Positions 16,842-25,554 of a DNA stretch of 40,705 bases are shown here, in pieces. Every line of letters starts with the position of its first letter. The first letter of the stretch is position 1. The notes under the pieces are model-generated. The model saw nothing but the letters and a program-made list of their open reading frames with translations. It was not told the origin of the DNA and searched no databases. Made by a program: the position numbers and the translations under genes. The stretch spans positions 1-40,705 of IMG/VR virus record IMGVR_UViG_3300037419_001217. One strand, written 5' to 3'. This stretch comes from a virus (Duplodnaviria; Caudoviricetes).

Positions 16842-16937
16842 ATGGTGGATTTCATTCGGTTTCTGGCCGCTCGCCGGAAGTGGTGGGTGCTCGCCGCCTT
16901 TCTTCCGCTAGGGTTTGTAGTGGCGATGCACCCATAG
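16842..16937 (+). CDS. 31-aa antisense-oriented membrane peptide
   Basis: Strong SD GAGGAGG, extended -10 TGcTAAGGT at 16805-16813. Confidence 0.45.
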   Translation: MVDFIRFLAARRKWWVLAAFLPLGFVVAMHP

Positions 16938-17600
16938 TCCGTCGCTGGCGATGTAGAGCTTCACCGTCTCCAGCTTGGAGGTCAGGGTGAACGAAGCGTT
17001 CGTCACGCCGTTGAGCGCGTCCCCGGCGTAAGGGAAGATCGTCACGGTGTAGGGGGCGTCGTCGACCTTCTGCACCTCGATCACGTTCGACATATAGCCG
17101 CCGTGCGTGAACTGGCTGACGGGATTGAAGTAGAGCCCGACGCTGCCGCCGCAAACGGCCGTGTTGCAGCGCAGGATTTCCCGCACGTCTTTCGGGAGCA
17201 CGTTGTAGCTCGGGGTGATGATCGTCCGCTGCGACTGCGGCTGGTCGCGGTGGAATGTCTTGCCCATAAGGTGAAAGCGACTGACGCCGTCGCACACCAA
17301 TTCGGCGGCCTGCTGCGTCAGATTGAGATAGGGGCCGTAGGGGGCGTTCGTGTCCCAAAACCAGTTCAGTTTGTCACCCGCCTGGGTCGGCCTGAACTGG
17401 ACCGTATTGGACGTGTTGTCGATTTTCATGACCGTTGGCACATGCCAGCCCGCGGGCAGGCTGGCGGCCGCGGGCAGCGCGAATACGAGATCGCCGAGGC
17501 TCGCATCAACGGCGAGAAACTTCTCGTCGTGCGCGGCGGACAGATTGAACACGCCCGATGGCGCATCGGCGTTGGTCACGGAAACAATCTGAATCGTCAT
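16908..17600 (-). CDS. tail-fibre-associated protein with two tandem beta-rich repeats
   Basis: Repeated KID...NTV...GD.LN and KVD...TVTI...GDALNG units; SD AAGGA. Confidence 0.7.
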   Translation of the reverse strand: MTIQIVSVTNADAPSGVFNLSAAHDEKFLAVDASLGDLVFALPAAASLPAGWHVPTVMKIDNTSNTVQFRPTQAGDKLNWFWDTNAPYGPYLNLTQQAAELVCDGVSRFHLMGKTFHRDQPQSQRTIITPSYNVLPKDVREILRCNTAVCGGSVGLYFNPVSQFTHGGYMSNVIEVQKVDDAPYTVTIFPYAGDALNGVTNASFTLTSKLETVKLYIASDGLWVHRHYKP

Positions 17601-17614
17601 TATCTTTTCCTTTA

Positions 17615-17788
17615 TTAAAGGGCCGGCTCCGGCGTGTTGCCTGCGGCAAGCCACACCTGGTACGCCTGCCAGTCGGCATTGGCCGAGTCGGCGGGGATGC
17701 TGGTGAATACGTCGGGCTTGACGTCGTCGATCTTCGTGACGCCGGTTTCGCGGCCGTCGAATTGCTCGATGCGGTAGGAGATCGTCAT
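17615..17788 (-). CDS. small tail fibre assembly/chaperone-like protein (not in the ORF track)
   Basis: SIPADSANADWQAYQVWLAAGNTPEPA motif directly after the fibre gene. Confidence 0.65.
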   Translation of the reverse strand: MTISYRIEQFDGRETGVTKIDDVKPDVFTSIPADSANADWQAYQVWLAAGNTPEPAL

Positions 17789-19455
17789 AGGTAAGCCTGC
17801 GCTTCGATGTAGCAGGCGTTTCCGTCGGAACCGACATCGCCGGGCTTGCCGGCCGTTGCTCCCGTCACAGCAAATTGGTAGGCCACCACGTCCGCGCTCG
17901 ACATGTTCGTTCCGGCGGAGCAGGTGAACGAACCCGCGCCGTCGTTGAAGGCGATGTGCGAGAAGCCGACGGTCGGCGTTGCGCGCATCGGCGTATCAAG
18001 AGGGATCGCCAGCTTCACCGCCGTCGTGGTACGCGCAAATCCGACGGTGATCGGCCACGGCGAGTTGGCCGACTGATTCCAGCGCCGGTAGTAGCGGCGG
18101 CAAAACGAAAACTCGGTCTGATACGGCCGGCGCTCGAACGCAGTCGGGATCGTCCCGGCCTCAAGCTGGTTGAAGTCGAAATCGAGGGTGAAGTTCTGCG
18201 CCGCGGTCCCCTCGGTCCACACCATGCCGATCAGATTATTGAAGGACGAGCCGAGGGCGCCGGAGATGGCCGCCAGCGACGTCCAAGTATTCGCCGCCGG
18301 GGTCGCGCTGCCGATCGCCAGCACCGACACATTCGACGCCAGGAAGAAATTGCCGGCGGTGTAGGTCGCGCTCGTCCAGTCGTTGACCACATCGGAGGTG
18401 ACGGAATCCTCTGTACCGGTCCAGCCGAGGATCGCGTAGCGAATGGCCTGCGATGCCGACGCTCGGATGCGCGGCACGAACACGCCGCTCTTGCCGCGGA
18501 GGTCTTTGCAGTTCTTACCCTCAACGATCTGCGCATAGCCGAACCGCTGCGCCGATGCCTGGGACTGCGTGAGCCGAATGCCCTTCGGGTAGCCGTCCTC
18601 GGGATCGGTCAGCACGGACGGCGTGACGCTGCCCGTCTGCGATAAGACGTACCAATCGTCTGCGAAATAGGTGTCGTCGGCAGTAGCGGCGACGTCGGAC
18701 TGGTAGATGCTGCCAGCCGGATTGATGAGCCGATTGCGGCCCACGAGGTAGTCGTAGCTCGACCACGCCGAGCCGCTCGACATTGGCACGCGGCCCGCGC
18801 TGTGAGCGAGCGCGGCAATGGCATCGAGATCGGCGTCGTGCGCCTGAACATCCGTGCCAACGACAAGGCCGAGCGTCGCTCGCGCCGTCGCCGCATCGGG
18901 GTCATCCACCACCGTCGCCATGAAGGTTGAGATCGGAGTTGCGTCGGCCGACCCATCGGCAGCAAGGGGGTCGCCGCTGGCGTCGAACGCGAGATACTTG
19001 GACGCGCGCTTCACCTTGGCCGGCAGAACGCCGATATCTGTGGTGTCGCCATCCGGTTGCCGCAACCCACGCGTCACCATTTCGCGGGTGCGCTGCTCCA
19101 CCGCGGTCAGTTTGTCGAGCGGATTGTCGATCGACGCGGCGGGAACGGGGTCGTTGTCGACGTGCTCGACCGTCTGCGTCAGCGCCGGGTCACGGTAGAT
19201 CGTCCACGTCACCGTGTTTGCCGGCGCCGTCACCGCGTTGACCGTGCCGCCGCTCTGATAGACGCCGGACGAATCCGCAGTGCCTGAGATCGTGTAGTCG
19301 GTGGTCAGCGCCTTGGTCGTCTGCACGCCGGTGGCGATCACCGTTTCGATGACGACGAGATCGGCCTGGGCGAAAAACTTGTACGGAAACGAGAATGCCG
19401 TGGTGACGCCGTTGCCGGTGTAACTGACCCGGTTGGTGGTGGACGAGATGGTCAT
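17785..19455 (-). CDS. tail fibre protein (T7 gp17-like N-terminal anchor)
   Basis: MTISST..RVSYTGNGVTT.FSFPY, LD.LT...Q, C-terminal QLEAG..PT.FERRP...E...CRRYY. Confidence 0.9.
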   Translation of the reverse strand: MTISSTTNRVSYTGNGVTTAFSFPYKFFAQADLVVIETVIATGVQTTKALTTDYTISGTADSSGVYQSGGTVNAVTAPANTVTWTIYRDPALTQTVEHVDNDPVPAASIDNPLDKLTAVEQRTREMVTRGLRQPDGDTTDIGVLPAKVKRASKYLAFDASGDPLAADGSADATPISTFMATVVDDPDAATARATLGLVVGTDVQAHDADLDAIAALAHSAGRVPMSSGSAWSSYDYLVGRNRLINPAGSIYQSDVAATADDTYFADDWYVLSQTGSVTPSVLTDPEDGYPKGIRLTQSQASAQRFGYAQIVEGKNCKDLRGKSGVFVPRIRASASQAIRYAILGWTGTEDSVTSDVVNDWTSATYTAGNFFLASNVSVLAIGSATPAANTWTSLAAISGALGSSFNNLIGMVWTEGTAAQNFTLDFDFNQLEAGTIPTAFERRPYQTEFSFCRRYYRRWNQSANSPWPITVGFARTTTAVKLAIPLDTPMRATPTVGFSHIAFNDGAGSFTCSAGTNMSSADVVAYQFAVTGATAGKPGDVGSDGNACYIEAQAYL

Positions 19456-19476
19456 GGCGTCGCTCCTGGCTGCCGT

Positions 19477-19507
19477 ATTATGGCCATGTGTTGTCTATTT
19501 GACAACA
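19477..19507 (-). promoter_or_regulatory. operator copy 6 (19489-19507) overlapping tail-fibre promoter TTGTCA-N17-CATAAT
   Basis: TGTTGTCTATTTGACAACA; -35 at 19505-19500, -10 at 19482-19477. Confidence 0.75.
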
Positions 19508-22500
19508 CTGGGGTTGAGCCGTGCCTCAGCCTCGTCCAGCGCCTGGTTTCCGGCCTTGGCCACCTCGATCATTCGGAAATACATGGTGTCGATGAGTTGC
19601 CGCTTCTCGTCGGGCGGGATGTCGGGGTCCTTGTAGACGCCCCGGATTACCTGGTTCATCGACGTCAGCGCCTCCGGGTAGCCGCTCAACTGCGCCATGG
19701 CGCTGGGGTCGAACCGCTGCACCTTCTGCGCCGCCTCGGCATCGCCCTCCTGGGCCTTGGCCATGAAGGTGTCGAACACCTGCTTCTTCTCGGCGAAGCG
19801 ATCGTAGAACTCCTGAATCGACTGCGCGGTGGCCGACGGGTAGCGCACCACGAAAGCGCGGATCACCGGGATGTCGGCCAAGGTCGCGGCCGGCAGCACC
19901 GGGTCCGGCACCACGCCCGCCTTGCGCAGCCCGGCGTCCACCACCTGCTGGGTGTAAACCCCGAGGCCGCCGGTCCAGGCGCGCACGTAGTTGTCGATCA
20001 GCACCGGCGTGGTCAGCGCCCGCGCCACCGGGCCGAGCGGGTTGTTGGCCTCGATCGACGCTTCGCGCATGCCCGGGAACGCGGCGATCACCGACGCCAG
20101 CTTCTTGGTCGTCTCGGTGGTGTACGGGTTGTACTGATACTCCGGCAGCAGCTTCTCGACGCTCGCCGGCACCAGCGGGTTGCCGGTGAAGGTGCTGCGG
20201 TTGGCGAACTGCTCCACTATCGGCTGCGTCGCCGTCGGCACGAAACCCGGCGTCAGCGCGCCCCACACCGACTTGAAGAAGCCGTCGAACGCCTTTGGGT
20301 TGTGGGCGTAGTAGGCATCCAGAACCCGCTCGATGCCGGAGCCGAACATAATGCCGGTCTCGAACGGCTTGGGGATGCGGTAGATGTGATCCTTGGTCGG
20401 GATGATCCAGAACAGGTCCTTCTGCCACTGCGGAATCTCGGCCATGCGCGGATCGTCGTGGTTGGCCCACCACAGCAGCGCCGACGGCAGCGACACGGCG
20501 CCGGCGATGCGCAAGGACGTCGCCGCGGGCTTCTCGTGGAACGCACGGATCAGGCGGTCGGTGCCCTGGATGTTGGCGTTGGCGAACGCCGTAATCATGT
20601 TGTAAGCGCGCATGCGCGCACCGATGCGGGCGAAGTCCAGCGTCACCTCGCGGGAGGAGAACGCCGCCGCCTGCATCCGGCCTTTGTCGGTCGAGCCGCC
20701 CGCCAGCTTCTTGAACTCGCCCAGCCGGGTGGCGTTCTCCATCAGCTCCGACACCATGCGCAAGCCGGTGAGCGGGTTGCCCGCCACCGTTCGGTCGCCG
20801 TTCTCGATCGCGCGCTGGATCGGATCGACGACGTTCCACGAGCGGTCCATAAGGCCGGTTTCGGCGTTGAGCTTGGCGAGGCTTTCCTGCAGGTAGCGGC
20901 GGTCGAGCGACACCAGGTTGGCGTTGGCGCCGCCCGCCTTGAGCCAGCTCTGGAAATCCATGTCCTGGGTCAGCAGGCCCTTGAGTCCCTTCGCCGTGTC
21001 GATCGGCGAGAAGATCGCGCCCTTGGTGTTGACGAAGGCGGTAGTGAAGTCGCGGATGACGTTGCGGACCATGAAGTCGGGCGTCAAGGTCGCGCCCGCG
21101 CGCAACGTCTTGGCCGGCAGCGCCATCACCTTGGTGAGCAACCCAGCCGTTTGCGAATCCATGCCCTTGAAGGCGGCGGCGATGTCGGGGTCGACCTTGT
21201 AGACGGTGCGCTTGCCGCTGTCGAACACCGCGATCTCGTTGTCGGCGAGCGGGGCGCGCGCGGCGCGGAACACCGTCAACAGGTCCTCGGGCGGGTTGTC
21301 GATGCCGTGCGCGGCCAGGAACTTCGTCATCTCGGGCTCGGCCACAGTGACGGGCTTGGTTCCCGGCGCCACCTTCTCGACCAGCCCCTTGCCCTCGGGG
21401 CCGTCGGCCATGGCCACGAACGCCTTACCGACGGCATTGCGCTCGGCGAGCGACGTGTAGAGGTAGGTGTTCTTGATGACGGATTCGAGCGGATCGACGA
21501 TGTCGCGCTGGGAGCCCTTGATCGCCTTGATCGGGTTTCGGACGTTGAGGCCCTTGCCGACGCCTGCCGGGCCACCGTCGTCGAGCACGCGGAAGAACGG
21601 CACGTAGTTCTTGTTGGCCGCCAGCATCGTCCGATACGTCTCGTCGGAGAGGATGCCGGAGTCCTTCAGGTACTTTGTGACGCGGTTCTGATAATCGACC
21701 AGATCGCGCAGCACCGGCTCGTACTTCTTACCGCTGTCGGCCACCACCTGCTTGGCGGCGTCGAGGTCGATGCCGGACTCGATGTTGCGCCCAGCGAGCT
21801 CGACCGCGCGCTTCGAGGCGGCGTAGGCGCGCAAGCCGTCGAGGTCGTCGGCCACCGGCGCCAGCACGTCGCGCAGGCCCTTGCCGGTGTCGGCGTAGGT
21901 GTTGAAGTCGAACGTCGAGCGCTCAAGCATCTGATCCGCTTTGCCGAAGGTGCCGCGGGTCAGACGCGCGAGTTGGTACGGATCCTGGCCGGTGGGCAGC
22001 TTGCCGTCGGCGGTCGCTTCCTTGACCGCTTGGCGGATCGGGTTGAGGTCGTCGACCAGCGCCGTGTACAAGCGCTCGAACGTGGTGGGCTCGCTGCCCG
22101 TGTGCTCGCCAATGCTGATCTTGTCGAGCACCTTCTGGCGCGCGGCTTCCGGGCTGCCTTCGGCCGGAGGCTCTGGCGGATTGGGTGGGGGCTTGCCGCC
22201 GCCGTTTCCACCCGGCGCTTCCTCGACGCTGGCGATGCCGTGGTCGACCAGCGGCTGGTATTTGCGCGGCATGGCGACGCTGTCCGACAACAAGTCCTGG
22301 GCGATGGTCGGGTCCTTGGACACGTCGGCGGCGACGCCTTCCGGCGTGATACCCGTCTGCTCGTAGATGTCGCGCAGCTTCTGCGCCACCGGGGCGTGAT
22401 CGCCGCCATCGGCGAGCACCCGCGCCGCGTTGTCGAACTGCTCCGGCGCCGGCACCTCGCCGCGCAGCGTCGCGGCGGGGGCAAGCTCCGGCCCGGGCGC

Positions 22501-23010
22501 GGCCGCGGTCTTGCCCGCCAGTAGATCGGCCGCAGCCATGCGACCGGCACCGAAGCCGCGGGTGATGCCTTCGCCCGGCGCGAAAATGCTCAGCATCGGG
22601 TTGGACAGCGAGATGTCCCAGCCCTCCGGCGAGTGCATGCCGGGCTTCAACTTGGTGCCGGTCTTTTCCTCCCACAGCCGGTCGGCGACGGCGGCTTTCT
22701 CACGCGTCATGCGCGAGCGCTCCACCAGCGTCGGCGTGTTCTGCCACCAGTCCTTGATCTCGTCCGGAATGCCCTCGAGCGTTCCGATCAATCCTTTCTC
22801 AGCCAGAGGGCTGCCTGGCCGCGCAATGCCCACGCGCTCGTACCAGTTCGGCGTCTTAACGGGCGCGGCCGCAGGGCCGCCGAGGTAGGCGTCCACCTCG
22901 TCGTCGCGGAAGCCGGCTTGCGTCAGTTCCTTGCGCTTGCCGGCGGCCCAATCGCCGATCTCGGCATCGTTGAAGCCGGCGGCGCGCAAGTCCTCGATCG
23001 GCGACGCCAT
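19495..23010 (-). CDS. large internal virion (ejection) protein with LPD38-like C-terminus
   Basis: 1171 aa, position before the fibre gene; W.KD.FW, RIPKPFE.G, F..A..QG. Confidence 0.8.
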   Translation of the reverse strand: MASPIEDLRAAGFNDAEIGDWAAGKRKELTQAGFRDDEVDAYLGGPAAAPVKTPNWYERVGIARPGSPLAEKGLIGTLEGIPDEIKDWWQNTPTLVERSRMTREKAAVADRLWEEKTGTKLKPGMHSPEGWDISLSNPMLSIFAPGEGITRGFGAGRMAAADLLAGKTAAAPGPELAPAATLRGEVPAPEQFDNAARVLADGGDHAPVAQKLRDIYEQTGITPEGVAADVSKDPTIAQDLLSDSVAMPRKYQPLVDHGIASVEEAPGGNGGGKPPPNPPEPPAEGSPEAARQKVLDKISIGEHTGSEPTTFERLYTALVDDLNPIRQAVKEATADGKLPTGQDPYQLARLTRGTFGKADQMLERSTFDFNTYADTGKGLRDVLAPVADDLDGLRAYAASKRAVELAGRNIESGIDLDAAKQVVADSGKKYEPVLRDLVDYQNRVTKYLKDSGILSDETYRTMLAANKNYVPFFRVLDDGGPAGVGKGLNVRNPIKAIKGSQRDIVDPLESVIKNTYLYTSLAERNAVGKAFVAMADGPEGKGLVEKVAPGTKPVTVAEPEMTKFLAAHGIDNPPEDLLTVFRAARAPLADNEIAVFDSGKRTVYKVDPDIAAAFKGMDSQTAGLLTKVMALPAKTLRAGATLTPDFMVRNVIRDFTTAFVNTKGAIFSPIDTAKGLKGLLTQDMDFQSWLKAGGANANLVSLDRRYLQESLAKLNAETGLMDRSWNVVDPIQRAIENGDRTVAGNPLTGLRMVSELMENATRLGEFKKLAGGSTDKGRMQAAAFSSREVTLDFARIGARMRAYNMITAFANANIQGTDRLIRAFHEKPAATSLRIAGAVSLPSALLWWANHDDPRMAEIPQWQKDLFWIIPTKDHIYRIPKPFETGIMFGSGIERVLDAYYAHNPKAFDGFFKSVWGALTPGFVPTATQPIVEQFANRSTFTGNPLVPASVEKLLPEYQYNPYTTETTKKLASVIAAFPGMREASIEANNPLGPVARALTTPVLIDNYVRAWTGGLGVYTQQVVDAGLRKAGVVPDPVLPAATLADIPVIRAFVVRYPSATAQSIQEFYDRFAEKKQVFDTFMAKAQEGDAEAAQKVQRFDPSAMAQLSGYPEALTSMNQVIRGVYKDPDIPPDEKRQLIDTMYFRMIEVAKAGNQALDEAEARLNPSVVK

Positions 23011-24533
23011 CAGCGGCCTCCGGTGCGCTTGAGATAATCGGCGATGCTCTCGCCGGGCTGACGCTGCTTGTCAGGCGGAACAGCGCCGACGGGTGCCACC
23101 GCCCCCGGCTGACGCGACAACTGCGACGACATGTAGGCCAGCGACTCCTTCATGGTCTTTTGGAACATCTGCACCGTCTCGGGCTTGCCCAGGAAATCGG
23201 GCTTGGCCGGATCAAGCAAATCGAACGGATCCTTTCCGGCCTGCCGGTACTGCTGCACTTTGCTGTCCACGTAGCGCACAAATGCGTAGTACTGCTGCGG
23301 ACCGGTGGGGTCCAAACTCTTGCCCGTCAGAGGATTCGCCTTATCAATCGCGTTCTTGATTGAGGCGACGAAATCGGCCTGCCGCTTCGACAGCCGCTGG
23401 CCCTGCTCGTCGCGGTTCTCGGTGAACTGCTTCACCAGCCAGTCGTGATCGGTGCGCGTGAGGCCACCGGCGATATACTTATCGTCGATCGCCTTGGTGT
23501 CGGTGATCTTGAGCGGGTCGCCATCGGGACGGCGCATGTCGGCGAACAACTGCGTCGCGTTGGCGTTGGACACCTGCGTCAGCGGATCGGGCTTGTTGGC
23601 CCGGTCCAGCATGCCGATCCAGTGCTCCTTGAACGTGGTGCTGACCGGCGCGTTGAGGATGTCCTTGGCCGACAACGGGTTCTGCGCGTCGGGCTGCAAC
23701 CGGTTGAGCCAGTCGGAGCCGATCGCGTCCTCTTGCGCCTTCTGCGCCTTCTCGGCCAGGCGCTGCGCGCGCTCGGCCTGGATTTCCTGCGCGTTGATGG
23801 CGATGGTCGCCTGCTTCTCCAACGTGTAGGCGGCGTCGCCCTTCAGGTACTGGTCGAACTTGCCGTCCTTGAGCGCCGCGAGGCCCGCCTGCGGGTCGGT
23901 GCGGATCAAGCCCTCGACCGCCGACTTCGCCAGATCCTGCGCCGTGGTGACGCCGAGCTCGTAACGCTTGTCGGCCGGCATCTTGGCGTAGAGGCCGTTG
24001 GGGTCGTTGAGCGCGGCCGTGGTCGTCTTCAGCACGCTGTCGAACTGCGACGGGTCGTGCAGCAGCGTGGTCCGGTTGCTCTGCAGCAGCGCGCCGTAGT
24101 CGGTCAGCGCCTTGTCGCCCGCCGACTTCGCCTGATAGAGCCCGGCCGCCGCGGTGAAGTGCGCGGCGAGCTCGGCCGAGCCCTCTTGCAATGCCATCTG
24201 CCCGGCACGCGTCGAATAGTTGCCGCCCATCTGCGCGAGATAGTCGGAAAAATCGGTCTGGAACTTGTCGGCAAACGTACCGTCGCCAGCCGGCGCCGCG
24301 GCCGCGCGGTTGGCGAGCTCCACCGTCCAGGTGGCGCGCGCCTGCGCCAGCTTAGCGTGAACGTCGGACACCTCCTGGCGCTGCGCCACGTCGGCGAGCT
24401 TGGTCGTCACGTCATCAACGCCGCGGCCCAGCACATCGCCGACGCCGGCACCGAAGTCTTGCGGCGTGGCACGGCGGCCGCCGATGTCGGATTCGGCGCT
24501 GATCTGCGTGGTGTAGTCCCTGATCTGCGGCAT
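23010..24533 (-). CDS. internal virion (ejection) protein
   Basis: MPQIR.Y N-terminus, helical Ala/Gln-rich, gp15-like position. Confidence 0.75.
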   Translation of the reverse strand: MPQIRDYTTQISAESDIGGRRATPQDFGAGVGDVLGRGVDDVTTKLADVAQRQEVSDVHAKLAQARATWTVELANRAAAAPAGDGTFADKFQTDFSDYLAQMGGNYSTRAGQMALQEGSAELAAHFTAAAGLYQAKSAGDKALTDYGALLQSNRTTLLHDPSQFDSVLKTTTAALNDPNGLYAKMPADKRYELGVTTAQDLAKSAVEGLIRTDPQAGLAALKDGKFDQYLKGDAAYTLEKQATIAINAQEIQAERAQRLAEKAQKAQEDAIGSDWLNRLQPDAQNPLSAKDILNAPVSTTFKEHWIGMLDRANKPDPLTQVSNANATQLFADMRRPDGDPLKITDTKAIDDKYIAGGLTRTDHDWLVKQFTENRDEQGQRLSKRQADFVASIKNAIDKANPLTGKSLDPTGPQQYYAFVRYVDSKVQQYRQAGKDPFDLLDPAKPDFLGKPETVQMFQKTMKESLAYMSSQLSRQPGAVAPVGAVPPDKQRQPGESIADYLKRTGGR

Positions 24534-25126
24534 CAGAACGCTCCCGCCATGGACGACCCGACGGTGGGGTCCTCGTTGCTCACGCCGTTGTTCGGAAGCC
24601 CAGGGCTGGACGGGCCGGACAGCGCGCCGTAATTCGCGGCTCCCTTACCCAGCGCCGTCGCCGCGCCGAGGTAGCCCTGCATCAGATAATTGCTGGCGCT
24701 GGCGTCATCGGCCGCTGCGGTGTCCTGATAGCCCATGGCGCGCAGCTTGCCCTTGTAGAGAATGTTCTGGCGGTCGAGCTCGGCAAGCGAGGCGCTGGAC
24801 GCCAGCACGTCCAATGGACTGCCCTCGGAGGTCACGCCGGACGCGCCGTAAGCCGCGCGGGCACGGCCAAGCGCTTGGCCCGACGCGCGCTGCTGCGCCT
24901 CTGCGTCCGCTGCGGCCTGCTGCTGGGCGATGACCGCGTTGCGCCGGGCGATGTCGGCGTTGCGCTTGGCCGCTTCAGAGGCCGCCATGCCCTGGCTGAT
25001 CGACGCCACTGCGGACACACCGGCGGCGGCCACGGCGACAACGGCCAGTGTGCCGGGATCGCGCGGCGCGTAAGCATGCGGATCGGCGATCTGACGGCTC
25101 AGACGCGATTGATAGCCCCAGCTCAT
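24533..25126 (-). CDS. internal virion protein (gp14-like)
   Basis: Hydrophobic N-terminus, RAAYGASGV..EGSPLDV motif. Confidence 0.75.
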   Translation of the reverse strand: MSWGYQSRLSRQIADPHAYAPRDPGTLAVVAVAAAGVSAVASISQGMAASEAAKRNADIARRNAVIAQQQAAADAEAQQRASGQALGRARAAYGASGVTSEGSPLDVLASSASLAELDRQNILYKGKLRAMGYQDTAAADDASASNYLMQGYLGAATALGKGAANYGALSGPSSPGLPNNGVSNEDPTVGSSMAGAF

Positions 25127-25554
25127 GGCGTCACCCGCGCATAAAGAAAGTGATCGCGGCCGTCCGGCGTATAGGCTTCGCGGATGCCCTCGACCTTGAA
25201 GCCGAGCAGCGACGCCAGCCGGCAGCCGTTGCCGAATCCGTCGGCCACGTCCGCCTCGATGCGGCGGATACCGGCGTCGGCGAGCACCGTTTTCATCTTG
25301 CGGACGATGGCGGGCCACTGACGCGTCGCGCCGACGCCCAACAGCGCCCACGCCTTGGCGTAATTCTCCCACTGCAAGGCCAGCCCGGCGCAGCCCACCA
25401 CGGCGCCATCGACGATGCCGGTCCACGCGCGCCCGGGCGCCACCAGGGACTCGGCGAAGCCGGGCTTCAGCACCAACTCGCGCCAACGGTGCTGCTCGGG
25501 CGGCAGCCGAACCGCGGCGAAGTGATGGGGCTCGTAGGGAACGAACGCGATCAT
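25123..25554 (-). CDS. GNAT-fold protein (gp13-like position)
   Basis: VGCAG....W....AWALL, RRIEADV, LGFKVEG. Confidence 0.75.
   Translation of the reverse strand: MIAFVPYEPHHFAAVRLPPEQHRWRELVLKPGFAESLVAPGRAWTGIVDGAVVGCAGLALQWENYAKAWALLGVGATRQWPAIVRKMKTVLADAGIRRIEADVADGFGNGCRLASLLGFKVEGIREAYTPDGRDHFLYARVTP

Noticed and set aside
16908-19455. Diversity-generating retroelement as in BPP-1
   Set aside because: No reverse transcriptase and no TR/VR repeat pair seen in the window
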